From the human T2T-CHM13v2.0 reference genome, Homo sapiens, in NCBI RefSeq assembly GCF_009914755.1, contig NC_060925.1: a stretch of DNA of 64,000 nucleotides, one strand, 5' to 3'. The translations under genes and the position numbers were made by a program. The notes under the pieces are model-generated. The model saw only the letters and a program-made list of their open reading frames with translations. It searched no databases and had not been told where the DNA came from. Shown piece by piece: positions 30,515 to 45,900 of the stretch; position 1 is the first letter of the stretch, and each line of letters begins with the position of its first letter.

Positions 30515-33500
30515 ATGGAATCGTCATCGAATGAATTGAATGCAATCATCGAATGGTCTCGAATGGAATCATCTTCTAATGGAAAGGAATGGAATCATCG
30601 CATAGAATCGAATGGAATTATCATCGAATGGAATCGAATGGTATCAACACCAAACGGAAAAAAACGGAATTATCGAATGGAATCGAAGAGAATCTTCGAA
30701 CGGACCCGAATGGAATCATCTAATGGAATGGAATGGAATAATCCATGGACTCGAATGCAATCATCATCGAATGGAATCGAATGGAGTCATCGAATGGACT
30801 CGAATGGAATAATCATTGAACGGAATCGAATGGAATCATCATCGGATGGAAACGAATGGAATCATCATCGAATGGAAATGAAAGGAGTCATCATCTAATG
30901 GAATTGCATGGAATCATCATAAAATGCAATCGAATGGAATCAACATCAAATGGAATCAAATGGAATCATTGAACGGAATTGAATGGAATCGTCATCGAAT
31001 GAATTGACTGCAATCATCGAATGGTCTCGAATGGAATCATCTTCAAATGGAATGGAATGGAATCATCGCATAGAATCGAATGGAATTATCATCGAATGGA
31101 ATCGAATGGAATCAACATCAAACGGAAAAAAACAGAATTATCGTATGGAATCGAAGAGAATCATCGAATGGACCCGAATGGAATCATCTAATGGAATGGA
31201 ATGGAATAATCCATGGACTCGAATGCAATCATCATCGAATGGAATCGAATGGAATCATCGAATGGACTCGAATGGAATAATCATTGAACGGAATCGAATG
31301 GAATCATCATCGGATGGAAATGAATGGAATCATCATCGAATGGAATCGAATAGAATTATGGAATGAAATCCAGTGTGATCATCATCGAATGGACCCGAAT
31401 GGAATCATCATCCAACGGAAGCTAATGGAATCAACATCAAATGAATCGAATGGAAACACCATCGAATTGAAACGAATGGAATTATCATGAAATTGAAATG
31501 GATGGACACATCATCGAATGGATTCGAATGGAATCATCGAATAAAATTGATTGAAATCATCATCCAATGGAATCGAATGGTATCATTGAATGGAATCGAA
31601 TGGAATCATCATCAGATGGAAATGAATGGAATCGTCATAGAATGGAATCGAATGGATTCATTGAATGGAATCAGATGGAATCATCGAATGGACTGGAATG
31701 GAATCATTGAATGGACTCGAAAGGGATCATTATTGAATGGAATTGAATGGAATCATCGAATGGTCTCGATTGGAATCATTATCAAATGGAATCGAATGGA
31801 ATCACCGAATAGAATCGAATGGAACAATCATCGAATGGACTCAAATGGAATTATCCTCCAATGGAATCGAATGGAATTATCGAATGCAATCGAATGGAAT
31901 TATCGAATGCAATCGAATAGAATCATCGAATGGACTCGAATGGAATCATCGAATGGAATGGAATGGAACAGTCAATGAACTCGAATGGAATCATCATTGA
32001 ATGGAATCGAATGGAATCATCGAGTGGAATCGAATGGAATTATGATCAAATGGAATCGAATGTAATCATCATCAAATGGAATCAAAAATAACCATCATCA
32101 ATTGGTATTGAATGGAATTGTCATCAAATGGAATTCAAAGGAATCATCATCAAATGGAACCGAATGGAATCCTCATTGAATGGAAATGAAAGGGGTCATC
32201 ATCTAATGGAATCGCATGGAATCATCATCAAATGGAATCGAATGGAATCATCATCAAATGGAATCTAATGGAATCATTGAACAGAATTGAATGGAATCGT
32301 CATCGAATGAATTGAATGCAATCATCGAATGGTCTCGAATGGAATCATCTTCTAATGGAAAGGAATGGAATCATCGCATAGAATCGAATGGAATTATCAT
32401 CGAATGGAATCAAATGGTATCAACACCAAACGGAAAAAAACGGAATTATCGAATGGAATCGAAGAGAATCTTCGAACGGACCCGAATGGAATCATCTAAT
32501 GGAATGGAATGGAATAATCCATGGACTCGAATGCAATCATCATCGAATGGAATGGAATGGAATCATCGAATGGACTCGAATGGAATAATCATTGAACGGA
32601 ATCGAATGGAATCATCATCGGATGGAAACGAATGGAATCATCATCGAATGGAAATGAAAGGAGTCATCATCTAATGGAATTGCATGGAATCATCATAAAA
32701 TGGAATCGAATGGAATCAACATCAAATGGAATCAAATGGAATCATTGAACGGAATTGAATGGAATCGTCATCGAATGAATTGACTGCAATCATCGAATGG
32801 TCTCGAATGGAATCATCTTCAAATGGAATGGAATGGAATCATCGCATAGAATCGAATGGAATTATCATCGAATGGAATCGAATGGAATCAACATCAAACG
32901 GAAAAAAACGGAATTATCGAATGGAATCGAAGAGAATCATCGAATGGACCCGAATGGAATCATCTAATGGAATGGAATGGAATAATCCATGGACTCGAAT
33001 GCAATCATCATCGAATGGAATCGAATGGAATCATCGAATGGACTCGAATGGAATAATCATTGAACGGAATCGAATGGAATCATCATCGGATGGAAATGAA
33101 TGGAATCATCATCGAATGGAATCGAATAGAATTATGGAATGAAATCCAGTGTGATCATCATCGAATGGACCCGAATGGAATCATCATCCAACGGAAGCTA
33201 ATGGAATCAACATCGAATGAATCGAATGGAAACACCATCGAATTGAAACGAATGGAATTATCATGAAATTGAAATGGATGGACTCATCATCGAATGGATT
33301 CGAATGGAATCATCGAATAAAATTGATTGAAATCATCATCCAATGGAATCGAATGGTATCATTGAATGGAAACGAATGGAATCATCATCAGATGGAAATG
33401 AATGGAATCGTCATAGAATGGAATCGAATGGATTCATTGAATGGAATCAGATGGAATCATCGAATGGACTGGAATGGAATCATTGAATGGACTCGAAAGG

Positions 33501-36500
33501 GATCATGATTGAATGGAATTGAATGGAATCATCGAATGGTCTCGATTGGAATCATTATCAAATGGAATCGAATGGAATCACCGAATAGAATCGAATGGAA
33601 CAATCATCGAATGGACTCAAATGGAATTATCCTCCAATGGAATCGAATGGAATTATCGAATGCAATCGAATGGAATTATCGAATGCAATCGAATAGAATC
33701 ATCGAATGGACTCGAATGGAATCATCGAATGGAATGGAATGGAACAGTCAATGAACTCGAATGGAATCATCATTGAATGGAATCGAATGGAATCATCGAG
33801 TGGAATCGAATGGAATTATGATCAAATGGAATCGAATGTAATCATCATCAAATGGAATCAAAAATAACCATCATCAATTGGTATTGAATGGAATTGTCAT
33901 CAAATGGAATTCAAAGGAATCATCATCAAATGGAACCGAATGGAATCCTCATTGAATGGAAATGAAAGGGGTCATCATCTAATGGAATCGCATGGAATCA
34001 TCATCAAATGGAATCGAATGGAATCATCATCAAATGGAATCTAATGGAATCATTGAACAGAATTGAATGGAATCGTCATCGAATGAATTGAATGCAATCA
34101 TCGAATGGTCTCGAATGGAATCATCTTCTAATGGAAAGGAATGGAATCATCGCATAGAATCGAATGGAATTATCATCGAATGGAATCAAATGGTATCAAC
34201 ACCAAACGGAAAAAAACGGAATTATCGAATGGAATCGAAGAGAATCTTCGAACGGACCCGAATGGAATCATCTAATGGAATGGAATGGAATAATCCATGG
34301 ACTCGAATGCAATCATCATCGAATGGAATGGAATGGAATCATCGAATGGACTCGAATGGAATAATCATTGAAGGGAATCGAATGGAATCATCATCGGATG
34401 GAAACGAATGGAATCATCATCGAATGGAAATGAAAGGAGTCATCATCTAATGGAATTGCATGGAATCATCATAAAATGGAATCGAATGGAATCCACATCA
34501 AATGGAATCAAATGGAATCATTGAACGGAATTGAATGGAATCGTCATCGAATGAATTGACTGCAATCATCGAATGGGCTCGAATGGAATCATCTTCAAAT
34601 GGAATGGAATGGAATCATCGCATAGAATCGAATGGAATTATCATCGAATGGAATCGAATGGAATCAACATCAAATGGAAAAAAACGGAATTATCGAATGG
34701 AATCGAAGAGAATCATCGAATGGACCCGAATGGAATCATCTAATGGAATGGAATGGAATAATCCATGGACTCGAATGCAATCATCATCGAATGGAATCGA
34801 ATGGAATCATCGAATGGACTCGAATGGAATAATCATTGAACGGAATCGAATGGAATCATCATCGGATGGAAATGAATGGAATCATCATCGAATGGAATCG
34901 AATAGAATTATGGAATGAAATCCAGTGTGATCATCATCGAATGGACCCGAATGGAATCATCATCCAACAGAAGCTAATGGAATCAACATCGAATGAATCG
35001 AATGGAAACACCATCGAATTGAAACGAATGGAATTATCATGAAATTGAAATGGATGGACTCATCATCGAATGGATTCGAATGGAATCATCGAATAAAATT
35101 GATTGAAATCATCATCCAATGGAATCGAATGGTATCATTGAATGGAATCGAATGGAATCATCATCAGATGGAAATGAATGGAATCGTCATAGAATGGAAT
35201 CGAATGGATTCATTGAATGGAATCAGATGGAATCATCGAATGGACTGGAATGGAATCATTGAATGGACTCGAAAGGGATCATTATTGAATGGAATTGAAT
35301 GGAATCATCGAATGGTCTCGATTGGAATCATTATCAAATGGAATCGAATGGAATCACCGAATAGAATCGAATGGAACAATCATCGAATGGACTCAAATGG
35401 AATTATCCTCAAATGGAATCGAATGGAATTATCGAATGCAATCGAATGGAATTATCGAATGCAATCGAATAGAATCATCGAATGGACTCGAATGGAATCA
35501 TCGAATGGAATGGAATGGAACAGTCAATGAACTCGAATGGAATCATCATTGATTGGAATCGAATGGAATCATCGAGTGGAATCGAATGGAATTATGATCA
35601 AATGGAATCGAATGTAATCATCATCAAATGGAATCAAAAATAACCATCATCAATTGGTATTGAATGGAATTGTCATCAAATGGAATTCAAAGGAATCATC
35701 ATCAAATGGAACCGAATGGAATCCTCATTGAATGGAAATGAAAGGGGTCATCATCTAATGGAATCGCATGGAATCATCATCAAATGGAATCGAATGGAAT
35801 CATCATCAAATGGAATCTAATGGAATCATTGAACAGAATTGAATGGAATCGTCATCGAATGAATTGAATGCAATCATCGAATGGTCTCGAATGGAATCAT
35901 CTTCTAATGGAAAGGAATGGAATCATCGCATAGAATCGAATGGAATTATCATCGAATGGAATCGAATGGTATCAACACCAAACGGAAAAAAACGGAATTA
36001 TCGAATGGAATCGAAGAGAATCTTCGAACGGACCCGAATGGAATCATCTAATGGAATGGAATGGAATAATCCATGGACTCGAATGCAATCATCATCGAAT
36101 GGAATCGAATGGAGTCATCGAATGGACTCGAATGGAATAATCATTGAACGGAATCGAATGGAATCATCATCGGATGGAAACGAATGGAATCATCATCGAA
36201 TGGAAATGAAAGGAGTCATCATCTAATGGAATTGCATGGAATCATCATAAAATGGAATCGAATGGAATCAACATCAAATGGAATCAAATGGAATCATTGA
36301 ACGGAATTGAATGGAATCGTCATCGAATGAATTGACTGCAATCATCGAATGGTCTCGAATGGAATCATCTTCAAATGGAATGGAATGGAATCATCGCATA
36401 GAATCGAATGGAATTATCATCGAATGGAATCGAATGGAATCAACATCAAACGGAAAAAAACAGAATTATCGTATGGAATCGAAGAGAATCATCGAATGGA

Positions 36501-39500
36501 CCCGAATGGAATCATCTAATGGAATGGAATGGAATAATCCATGGACTCGAATGCAATCATCATCGAATGGAATCGAATGGAATCATCGAATGGACTCGAA
36601 TGGAATAATCATTGAACGGAATCGAATGGAATCATCATCGGATGGAAATGAATGGAATCATCATCGAATGGAATCGAATAGAATTATGGAATGAAATCCA
36701 GTGTGATCATCATCGAATGGACCCGAATGGAATCATCATCCAACGGAAGCTAATGGAATCAACATCGAATGAATCGAATGGAAACACCATCGAATTGAAA
36801 CGAATGGAATTATCATGAAATTGAAATGGATGGACACATCATCGAATGGATTCGAATGGAATCATCGAATAAAATTGATTGAAATCATCATCCAATGGAA
36901 TCGAATGGTATCATTGAATGGAATCGAATGGAATCATCATCAGATGGAAATGAATGGAATCGTCATAGAATGGAATCGAATGGATTCTTTGAATGGAATC
37001 AGATGGAATCATCGAATGGACTGGAATGGAATCATTGAATGGACTCGAAAGGGATCATTATTGAATGGAATTGAATGGAATCATCGAATGGTCTCGATTG
37101 GAATCATTATCAAATGGAATCGAATGGAATCACCGAATAGAATCGAATGGAACAATCATCGAATGGACTCAAATGGAATTATCCTCCAATGGAATCGAAT
37201 GGAATTATCGAATGCAATCGAATGGAATTATCGAATGCAATCGAATAGAATCATCGAATGGACTCGAATGGAATCATCGAATGGAATGGAATGGAACAGT
37301 CAATGAACTCGAATGGAATCATCATTGAATGGAATCGAATGGAATCATCGAGTGGAATCGAATGGAATTATGATCAAATGGAATCGAATGTAATCATCAT
37401 CAAATGGAATCAAAAATAACCATCATCAATTGGTATTGAATGGAATTGTCATCAAATGGAATTCAAAGGAATCATCATCAAATGGAACCGAATGGAATCC
37501 TCATTGAATGGAAATGAAAGGGGTCATCATCTAATGGAATCGCATGGAATCATCATCAAATGGAATCGAATGGAATCATCATCAAATGGAATCTAATGGA
37601 ATCATTGAACAGAATTGAATGGAATCGTCATCGAATGAATTGAATGCAATCATCGAATGGTCTCGAATGGAATCATCTTCTAATGGAAAGGAATGGAATC
37701 ATCGCATAGAATCGAATGGAATTATCATCGAATGGAATCGAATGGTATCAACACCAAACGGAAAAATACGGAATTATCGAATGGAATCGAAGAGAATCTT
37801 CGAACGGACCCGAATGGAATCATCTAATGGAATGGAATGGAATAATCCATGGACTCGAATGCAATCATCATCGAATGGAATGGAATGGAATCATCGAATG
37901 GACTCGAATGGAATAATAATTGAACGGAATCGAATGGAATCATCATCGGATGGAAACGAATGGAATCATCATCGAATGGAAATGAAAGGAGTCATCATCT
38001 AATGGAATTGCATGGAATCATCATAAAATGGAATCGAATGGAATCAACATCAAATGGAATCAAATGGAATCATTGAACGGAATTGAATGGAATCGTCATC
38101 GAATGAATTGACTGCAATCATCGAATGGTCTCGAATGGAATCATCTTCAAATGGAATGGAATGGAATCATCGCATAGAATCGAATGGAATTATCATCGAA
38201 TGGAATCGAATGGAATCAACATCAAACGGAAAAAAACGGAATTATCGAATGGAATCGAAGAGAATCATCGAATGGACCCGAATGGAATCATCTAATGGAA
38301 TGGAATGGAATAATCCATGGACTCGAATGCAATCATCATCGAATGGAATCGAATGGAATCATCGAATGGACTCGAATGGAATAATCATTGAACGGAATCG
38401 AATGGAATCATCATCGGATGGAAATGAATGGAATCATCATCGAATGGAATCGAATAGAATTATGGAATGAAATCCAGTGTGATCATCATCGAATGGACCC
38501 GAATGGAATCATCATCCAACGGAAGCTAATGGAATCAACATCGAATGAATCGAATGGAAACACCATCGAATTGAAACGAATGGAATTATCATGAAATTGA
38601 AATGGATGGACTCATCATCGAATGGATTCGAATGGAATCATCGAATAAAATTGATTGAAATCATCATCCAATGGAATCGAATGGTATCATTGAATGGAAA
38701 CGAATGGAATCATCATCAGATGGAAATGAATGGAATCGTCATAGAATGGAATCGAATGGATTCATTGAATGGAATCAGATGGAATCATCGAATGGACTGG
38801 AATGGAATCATTGAATGGACTCGAAAGGGATCATGATTGAATGGAATTGAATGGAATCATCGAATGGTCTCGATTGGAATCATTATCAAATGGAATCGAA
38901 TGGAATCACCGAATAGAATCGAATGGAACAATCATCGAATGGACTCAAATGGAATTATCCTCCAATGGAATCGAATGGAATTATCGAATGCAATCGAATG
39001 GAATTATCGAATGCAATCGAATAGAATCATCGAATGGACTCGAATGGAATCATCGAATGGAATGGAATGGAACAGTCAATGAACTCGAATGGAATCATCA
39101 TTGAATGGAATCGAATGGAATCATCGAGTGGAATCGAATGGAATTATGATCAAATGGAATCGAATGTAATCATCATCAAATGGAATCAAAAATAACCATC
39201 ATCAATTGGTATTGAATGGAATTGTCATCAAATGGAATTCAAAGGAATCATCATCAAATGGAACCGAATGGAATCCTCATTGAATGGAAATGAAAGGGGT
39301 CATCATCTAATGGAATCGCATGGAATCATCATCAAATGGAATCGAATGGAATCATCATCAAATGGAATCTAATGGAATCATTGAACAGAATTGAATGGAA
39401 TCGTCATCGAATGAATTGAATGCAATCATCGAATGGTCTCGAATGGAATCATCTTCTAATGGAAAGGAATGGAATCATCGCATAGAATCGAATGGAATTA

Positions 39501-42500
39501 TCATCGAATGGAATCAAATGGTATCAACACCAAACGGAAAAAAACGGAATTATCGAATGGAATCGAAGAGAATCTTCGAACGGACCCGAATGGAATCATC
39601 TAATGGAATGGAATGGAATAATCCATGGACTCGAATGCAATCATCATCGAATGGAATGGAATGGAATCATCGAATGGACTCGAATGGAATAATCATTGAA
39701 GGGAATCGAATGGAATCATCATCGGATGGAAACGAATGGAATCATCATCGAATGGAAATGAAAGGAGTCATCATCTAATGGAATTGCATGGAATCATCAT
39801 AAAATGGAATCGAATGGAATCCACATCAAATGGAATCAAATGGAATCATTGAACGGAATTGAATGGAATCGTCATCGAATGAATTGACTGCAATCATCGA
39901 ATGGGCTCGAATGGAATCATCTTCAAATGGAATGGAATGGAATCATCGCATAGAATCGAATGGAATTATCATCGAATGGAATCGAATGGAATCAACATCA
40001 AATGGAAAAAAACGGAATTATCGAATGGAATCGAAGAGAATCATCGAATGGACCCGAATGGAATCATCTAATGGAATGGAATGGAATAATCCATGGACTC
40101 GAATGCAATCATCATCGAATGGAATCGAATGGAATCATCGAATGGACTCGAATGGAATAATCATTGAACGGAATCGAATGGAATCATCATCGGATGGAAA
40201 TGAATGGAATCATCATCGAATGGAATCGAATATAATTATGGAATGAAATCCAGTGTGATCATCATCGAATGGACCCGAATGGAATCATCATCCAACGGAA
40301 GCTAATGGAATCAACATCGAATGAATCGAATGGAAACACCATCGAATTGAAACGAATGGAATTATCATGAAATTGAAATGGATGGACTCATCATCGAATG
40401 GATTCGAATGGAATCATCGAATAAAATTGATTGAAATCATCATCCAATGGAATCGAATGGTATCATTGAATGGAATCGAATGGAATCATCATCAGATGGA
40501 AATGAATGGAATCGTCATAGAATGGAATCGAATGGATTCATTGAATGGAATCAGATGGAATCATCGAATGGACTGGAATGGAATCATTGAATGGACTCGA
40601 AAGGGATCATGATTGAATGGAATTGAATGGAATCATCGAATGGTCTCGATTGGAATCATTATCAAATGGAATCGAATGGAATCACCGAATAGAATCGAAT
40701 GGAACAATCATCGAATGGACTCAAATGGAATTATCCTCAAATGGAATCGAATGGAATTATCGAATGCAATCGAATGGAATTATCGAATGCAATCGAATAG
40801 AATCATCGAATGGACTCGAATGGAATCATCGAATGGAATGGAATGGAACAGTCAATGAACTCGAATGGAATCATCATTGATTGGAATCGAATGGAATCAT
40901 CGAGTGGAATCGAATGGAATTATGATCAAATGGAATCGAATGTAATCATCATCAAATGGAATCAAAAATAACCATCATCAATTGGTATTGAATGGAATTG
41001 TCATCAAATGGAATTCAAAGGAATCATCATCAAATGGAACCGAATGGAATCCTCATTGAATGGAAATGAAAGGGGTCATCATCTAATGGAATCGCATGGA
41101 ATCATCATCAAATGGAATCGAATGGAATCATCATCAAATGGAATCTAATGGAATCATTGAACAGAATTGAATGGAATCGTCATCGAATGAATTGAATGCA
41201 ATCATCGAATGGTCTCGAATGGAATCATCTTCTAATGGAAAGGAATGGAATCATCGCATAGAATCGAATGGAATTATCATCGAATGGAATCGAATGGTAT
41301 CAACACCAAACGGAAAAAAACGGAATTATCGAATGGAATCGAAGAGAATCTTCGAACGGACCCGAATGGAATCATCTAATGGAATGGAATGGAATAATCC
41401 ATGGACTCGAATGCAATCATCATCGAATGGAATCGAATGGAGTCATCGAATGGACTCGAATGGAATAATCATTGAACGGAATCGAATGGAATCATCATCG
41501 GATGGAAACGAATGGAATCATCATCGAATGGAAATGAAAGGAGTCATCATCTAATGGAATTGCATGGAATCATCATAAAATGCAATCGAATGGAATCAAC
41601 ATCAAATGGAATCAAATGGAATCATTGAACGGAATTGAATGGAATCGTCATCGAATGAATTGACTGCAATCATCGAATGGTCTCGAATGGAATCATCTTC
41701 AAATGGAATGGAATGGAATCATCGCATAGAATCGAATGGAATTATCATCGAATGGAATCGAATGGAATCAACATCAAACGGAAAAAAACGGAATTATCGA
41801 ATGGAATCGAAGAGAATCATCGAATGGACCCGAATGGAATCATCTAATGGAATGGAATGGAATAATCCATGGACTCGAATGCAATCATCATCGAATGGAA
41901 TCGAATGGAATCATCGAATGGACTCGAATGGAATAATCATTGAACGGAATCGAATGGAATCATCATCGGATGGAAATGAATGGAATCATCATCGAATGGA
42001 ATCGAATAGAATTATGGAATGAAATCCAGTGTGATCATCATCGAATGGACCCGAATGGAATCATCATCCAACGGAAGCTAATGGAATCAACATCGAATGA
42101 ATCGAATGGAAACACCATCGAATTGAAACGAATGGAATTATCATGAAATTGAAATGGATGGACTCATCATCGAATGGATTCGAATGGAATCATCGAATAA
42201 AATTGATTGAAATCATCATGCAATGGAATCGAATGGTATCATTGAATGGAATCGAATGGAATCATCATCAGATGGAAATGAATGGAATCGTCATAGAATG
42301 GAATCGAATGGATTCATTGAATGGAATCAGATGGAATCATCGAATGGACTGGAATGGAATCATTGAATGGACTCGAAAGGGATCATTATTGAATGGAATT
42401 GAATGGAATCATCGAATGGTCTCGATTGGAATCATTATCACATGGAATCGAATGGAATCACCGAATAGAATCGAATGGAACAATCATCGAATGGACTCAA

Positions 42501-42946
42501 ATGGAATTATCCTCCAATGGAATCGAATGGAATTATCGAATGCAATCGAATGGAATTATCGAATGCAATCGAATAGAATCATCGAATGGACTCGAATGGA
42601 ATCATCGAATGGAATGGAATGGAACAGTCAATGAACTCGAATGGAATCATCATTGAATGGAATCGAATGGAATCATCGAGTGGAATCGAATGGAATTATG
42701 ATCAAATGGAATCGAATGTAATCCTCATCAAATGGAATCAAAAATAACCATCATCAATTGGTATTGAATGGAATTGTCATCAAATGGAATTCAAAGGAAT
42801 CATCATCAAATGGAACCGAATGGAATCCTCATTGAATGGAAATGAAAGGGGTCATCATCTAATGGAATCGCATGGAATCATCATCAAATGGAATCGAATG
42901 GAATCATCATCAAATGGAATCTAATGGAATCATTGAACAGAATTGA
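30515..42946. repeat. Second copy of a 7-unit (~12.4-kb) block duplicated from 12287-24718 (offset 18,228 bp)
   Basis: Identical order of sub-variants: B(AAATGCAATC, CATCAAATGAATC), A', C(CAACAGAAG), B, A(AAAAATACGG, TAATAATT), C(GAATATAATT), B'(CATGCAAT, TCACATGG). Confidence 0.88.
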
Positions 42947-45900
42947 ATGGAATCGTCATCGAATGAATTGAATGCAATCATCGAATGGTCTCGAATGGAA
43001 TCATCTTCTAATGGAAAGGAATGGAATCATCGCATAGAATCGAATGGAATTATCATCGAATGGAATCGAATGGTATCAACACCAAACGGAAAAATACGGA
43101 ATTATCGAATGGAATCGAAGAGAATCTTCGAACGGACCCGAATGGAATCATCTAATGGAATGGAATGGAATAATCCATGGACTCGAATGCAATCATCATC
43201 GAATGGAATGGAATGGAATCATCGAATGGACTCGAATGGAATAATCATTGAACGGAATCGAATGGAATCATCATCGGATGGAAACGAATGGAATCATCAT
43301 CGAATGGAAATGAAAGGAGTCATCATCTAATGGAATTGCATGGAATCATCATAAAATGGAATCGAATGGAATCAACATCAAATGGAATCAAATGGAATCA
43401 TTGAACGGAATTGAATGGAATCGTCATCGAATGAATTGACTGCAATCATCGAATGGTCTCGAATGGAATCATCTTCAAATGGAATGGAATGGAATCATCG
43501 CATAGAATCGAATGGAATTATCATCGAATGGAATCGAATGGAATCAACATCAAACGGAAAAAACGGAATTATCGAATGGAATCGAAGAGAATCATCGAAT
43601 GGACCCGAATGGAATCATCTAATGGAATGGAATGGAATAATCCATGGACTCGAATGCAATCATCATCGAATGGAATCGAATGGAATCATCGAATGGACTC
43701 GAATGGAATAATCATTGAACGGAATCGAATGGAATCATCATCGGATGGAAATGAATGGAATCATCATCGAATGGAATCGAATAGAATTATGGAATGAAAT
43801 CCAGTGTGATCATCATCGAATGGACCCGAATGGAATCATCATCCAACGGAAGCTAATGGAATCAACATCGAATGAATCGAATGGAAACACCATCGAATTG
43901 AAACGAATGGAATTATCATGAAATTGAAATGGATGGACTCATCATCGAATGGATTCGAATGGAATCATCGAATAAAATTGATTGAAATCATCATCCAATG
44001 GAATCGAATGGTATCATTGAATGGAAACGAATGGAATCATCATCAGATGGAAATGAATGGAATCGTCATAGAATGGAATCGAATGGATTCATTGAATGGA
44101 ATCAGATGGAATCATCGAATGGACTGGAATGGAATCATTGAATGGACTCGAAAGGGATCATGATTGAATGGAATTGAATGGAATCATCGAATGGTCTCGA
44201 TTGGAATCATTATCAAATGGAATCGAATGGAATCACCGAATAGAATCGAATGGAACAATCATCGAATGGACTCAAATGGAATTATCCTCCAATGGAATCG
44301 AATGGAATTATCGAATGCAATCGAATGGAATTATCGAATGCAATCGAATAGAATCATCGAATGGACTCGAATGGAATCATCGAATGGAATGGAATGGAAC
44401 AGTCAATGAACTCGAATGGAATCATCATTGAATGGAATCGAATGGAATCATCGAGTGGAATCGAATGGAATTATGATCAAATGGAATCGAATGTAATCAT
44501 CATCAAATGGAATCAAAAATAACCATCATCAATTGGTATTGAATGGAATTGTCATCAAATGGAATTCAAAGGAATCATCATCAAATGGAACCGAATGGAA
44601 TCCTCATTGAATGGAAATGAAAGGGGTCATCATCTAATGGAATCGCATGGAATCATCATCAAATGGAATCGAATGGAATCATCATCAAATGGAATCTAAT
44701 GGAATCATTGAACAGAATTGAATGGAATCGTCATCGAATGAATTGAATGCAATCATCGAATGGTCTCGAATGGAATCATCTTCTAATGGAAAGGAATGGA
44801 ATCATCGCATAGAATCGAATGGAATTATCATCGAATGGAATCAAATGGTATCAACACCAAACGGAAAAAAACGGAATTATCGAATGGAATCGAAGAGAAT
44901 CTTCGAACGGACCCGAATGGAATCATCTAATGGAATGGAATGGAATAATCCATGGACTCGAATGCAATCATCATCGAATGGAATGGAATGGAATCATCGA
45001 ATGGACTCGAATGGAATAATCATTGAACGGAATCGAATGGAATCATCATCGGATGGAAACGAATGGAATCATCATCGAATGGAAATGAAAGGAGTCATCA
45101 TCTAATGGAATTGCATGGAATCATCATAAAATGGAATCGAATGGAATCAACATCAAATGGAATCAAATGGAATCATTGAACGGAATTGAATGGAATCGTC
45201 ATCGAATGAATTGACTGCAATCATCGAATGGTCTCGAATGGAATCATCTTCAAATGGAATGGAATGGAATCATCGCATAGAATCGAATGGAATTATCATC
45301 GAATGGAATCGAATGGAATCAACATCAAACGGAAAAAAACGGAATTATCGAATGGAATCGAAGAGAATCATCGAATGGACCCGAATGGAATCATCTAATG
45401 GAATGGAATGGAATAATCCATGGACTCGAATGCAATCATCATCGAATGGAATCGAATGGAATCATCGAATGGACTCGAATGGAATAATCATTGAACGGAA
45501 TCGAATGGAATCATCATCGGATGGAAATGAATGGAATCATCATCGAATGGAATCGAATAGAATTATGGAATGAAATCCAGTGTGATCATCATCGAATGGA
45601 CCCGAATGGAATCATCATCCAACGGAAGCTAATGGAATCAACATCGAATGAATCGAATGGAAACACCATCGAATTGAAACGAATGGAATTATCATGAAAT
45701 TGAAATGGATGGACTCATCATCGAATGGATTCGAATGGAATCATCGAATAAAATTGATTGAAATCATCATCCAATGGAATCGAATGGTATCATTGAATGG
45801 AAACGAATGGAATCATCATCAGATGGAAATGAATGGAATCGTCATAGAATGGAATCGAATGGATTCATTGAATGGAATCAGATGGAATCATCGAATGGAC

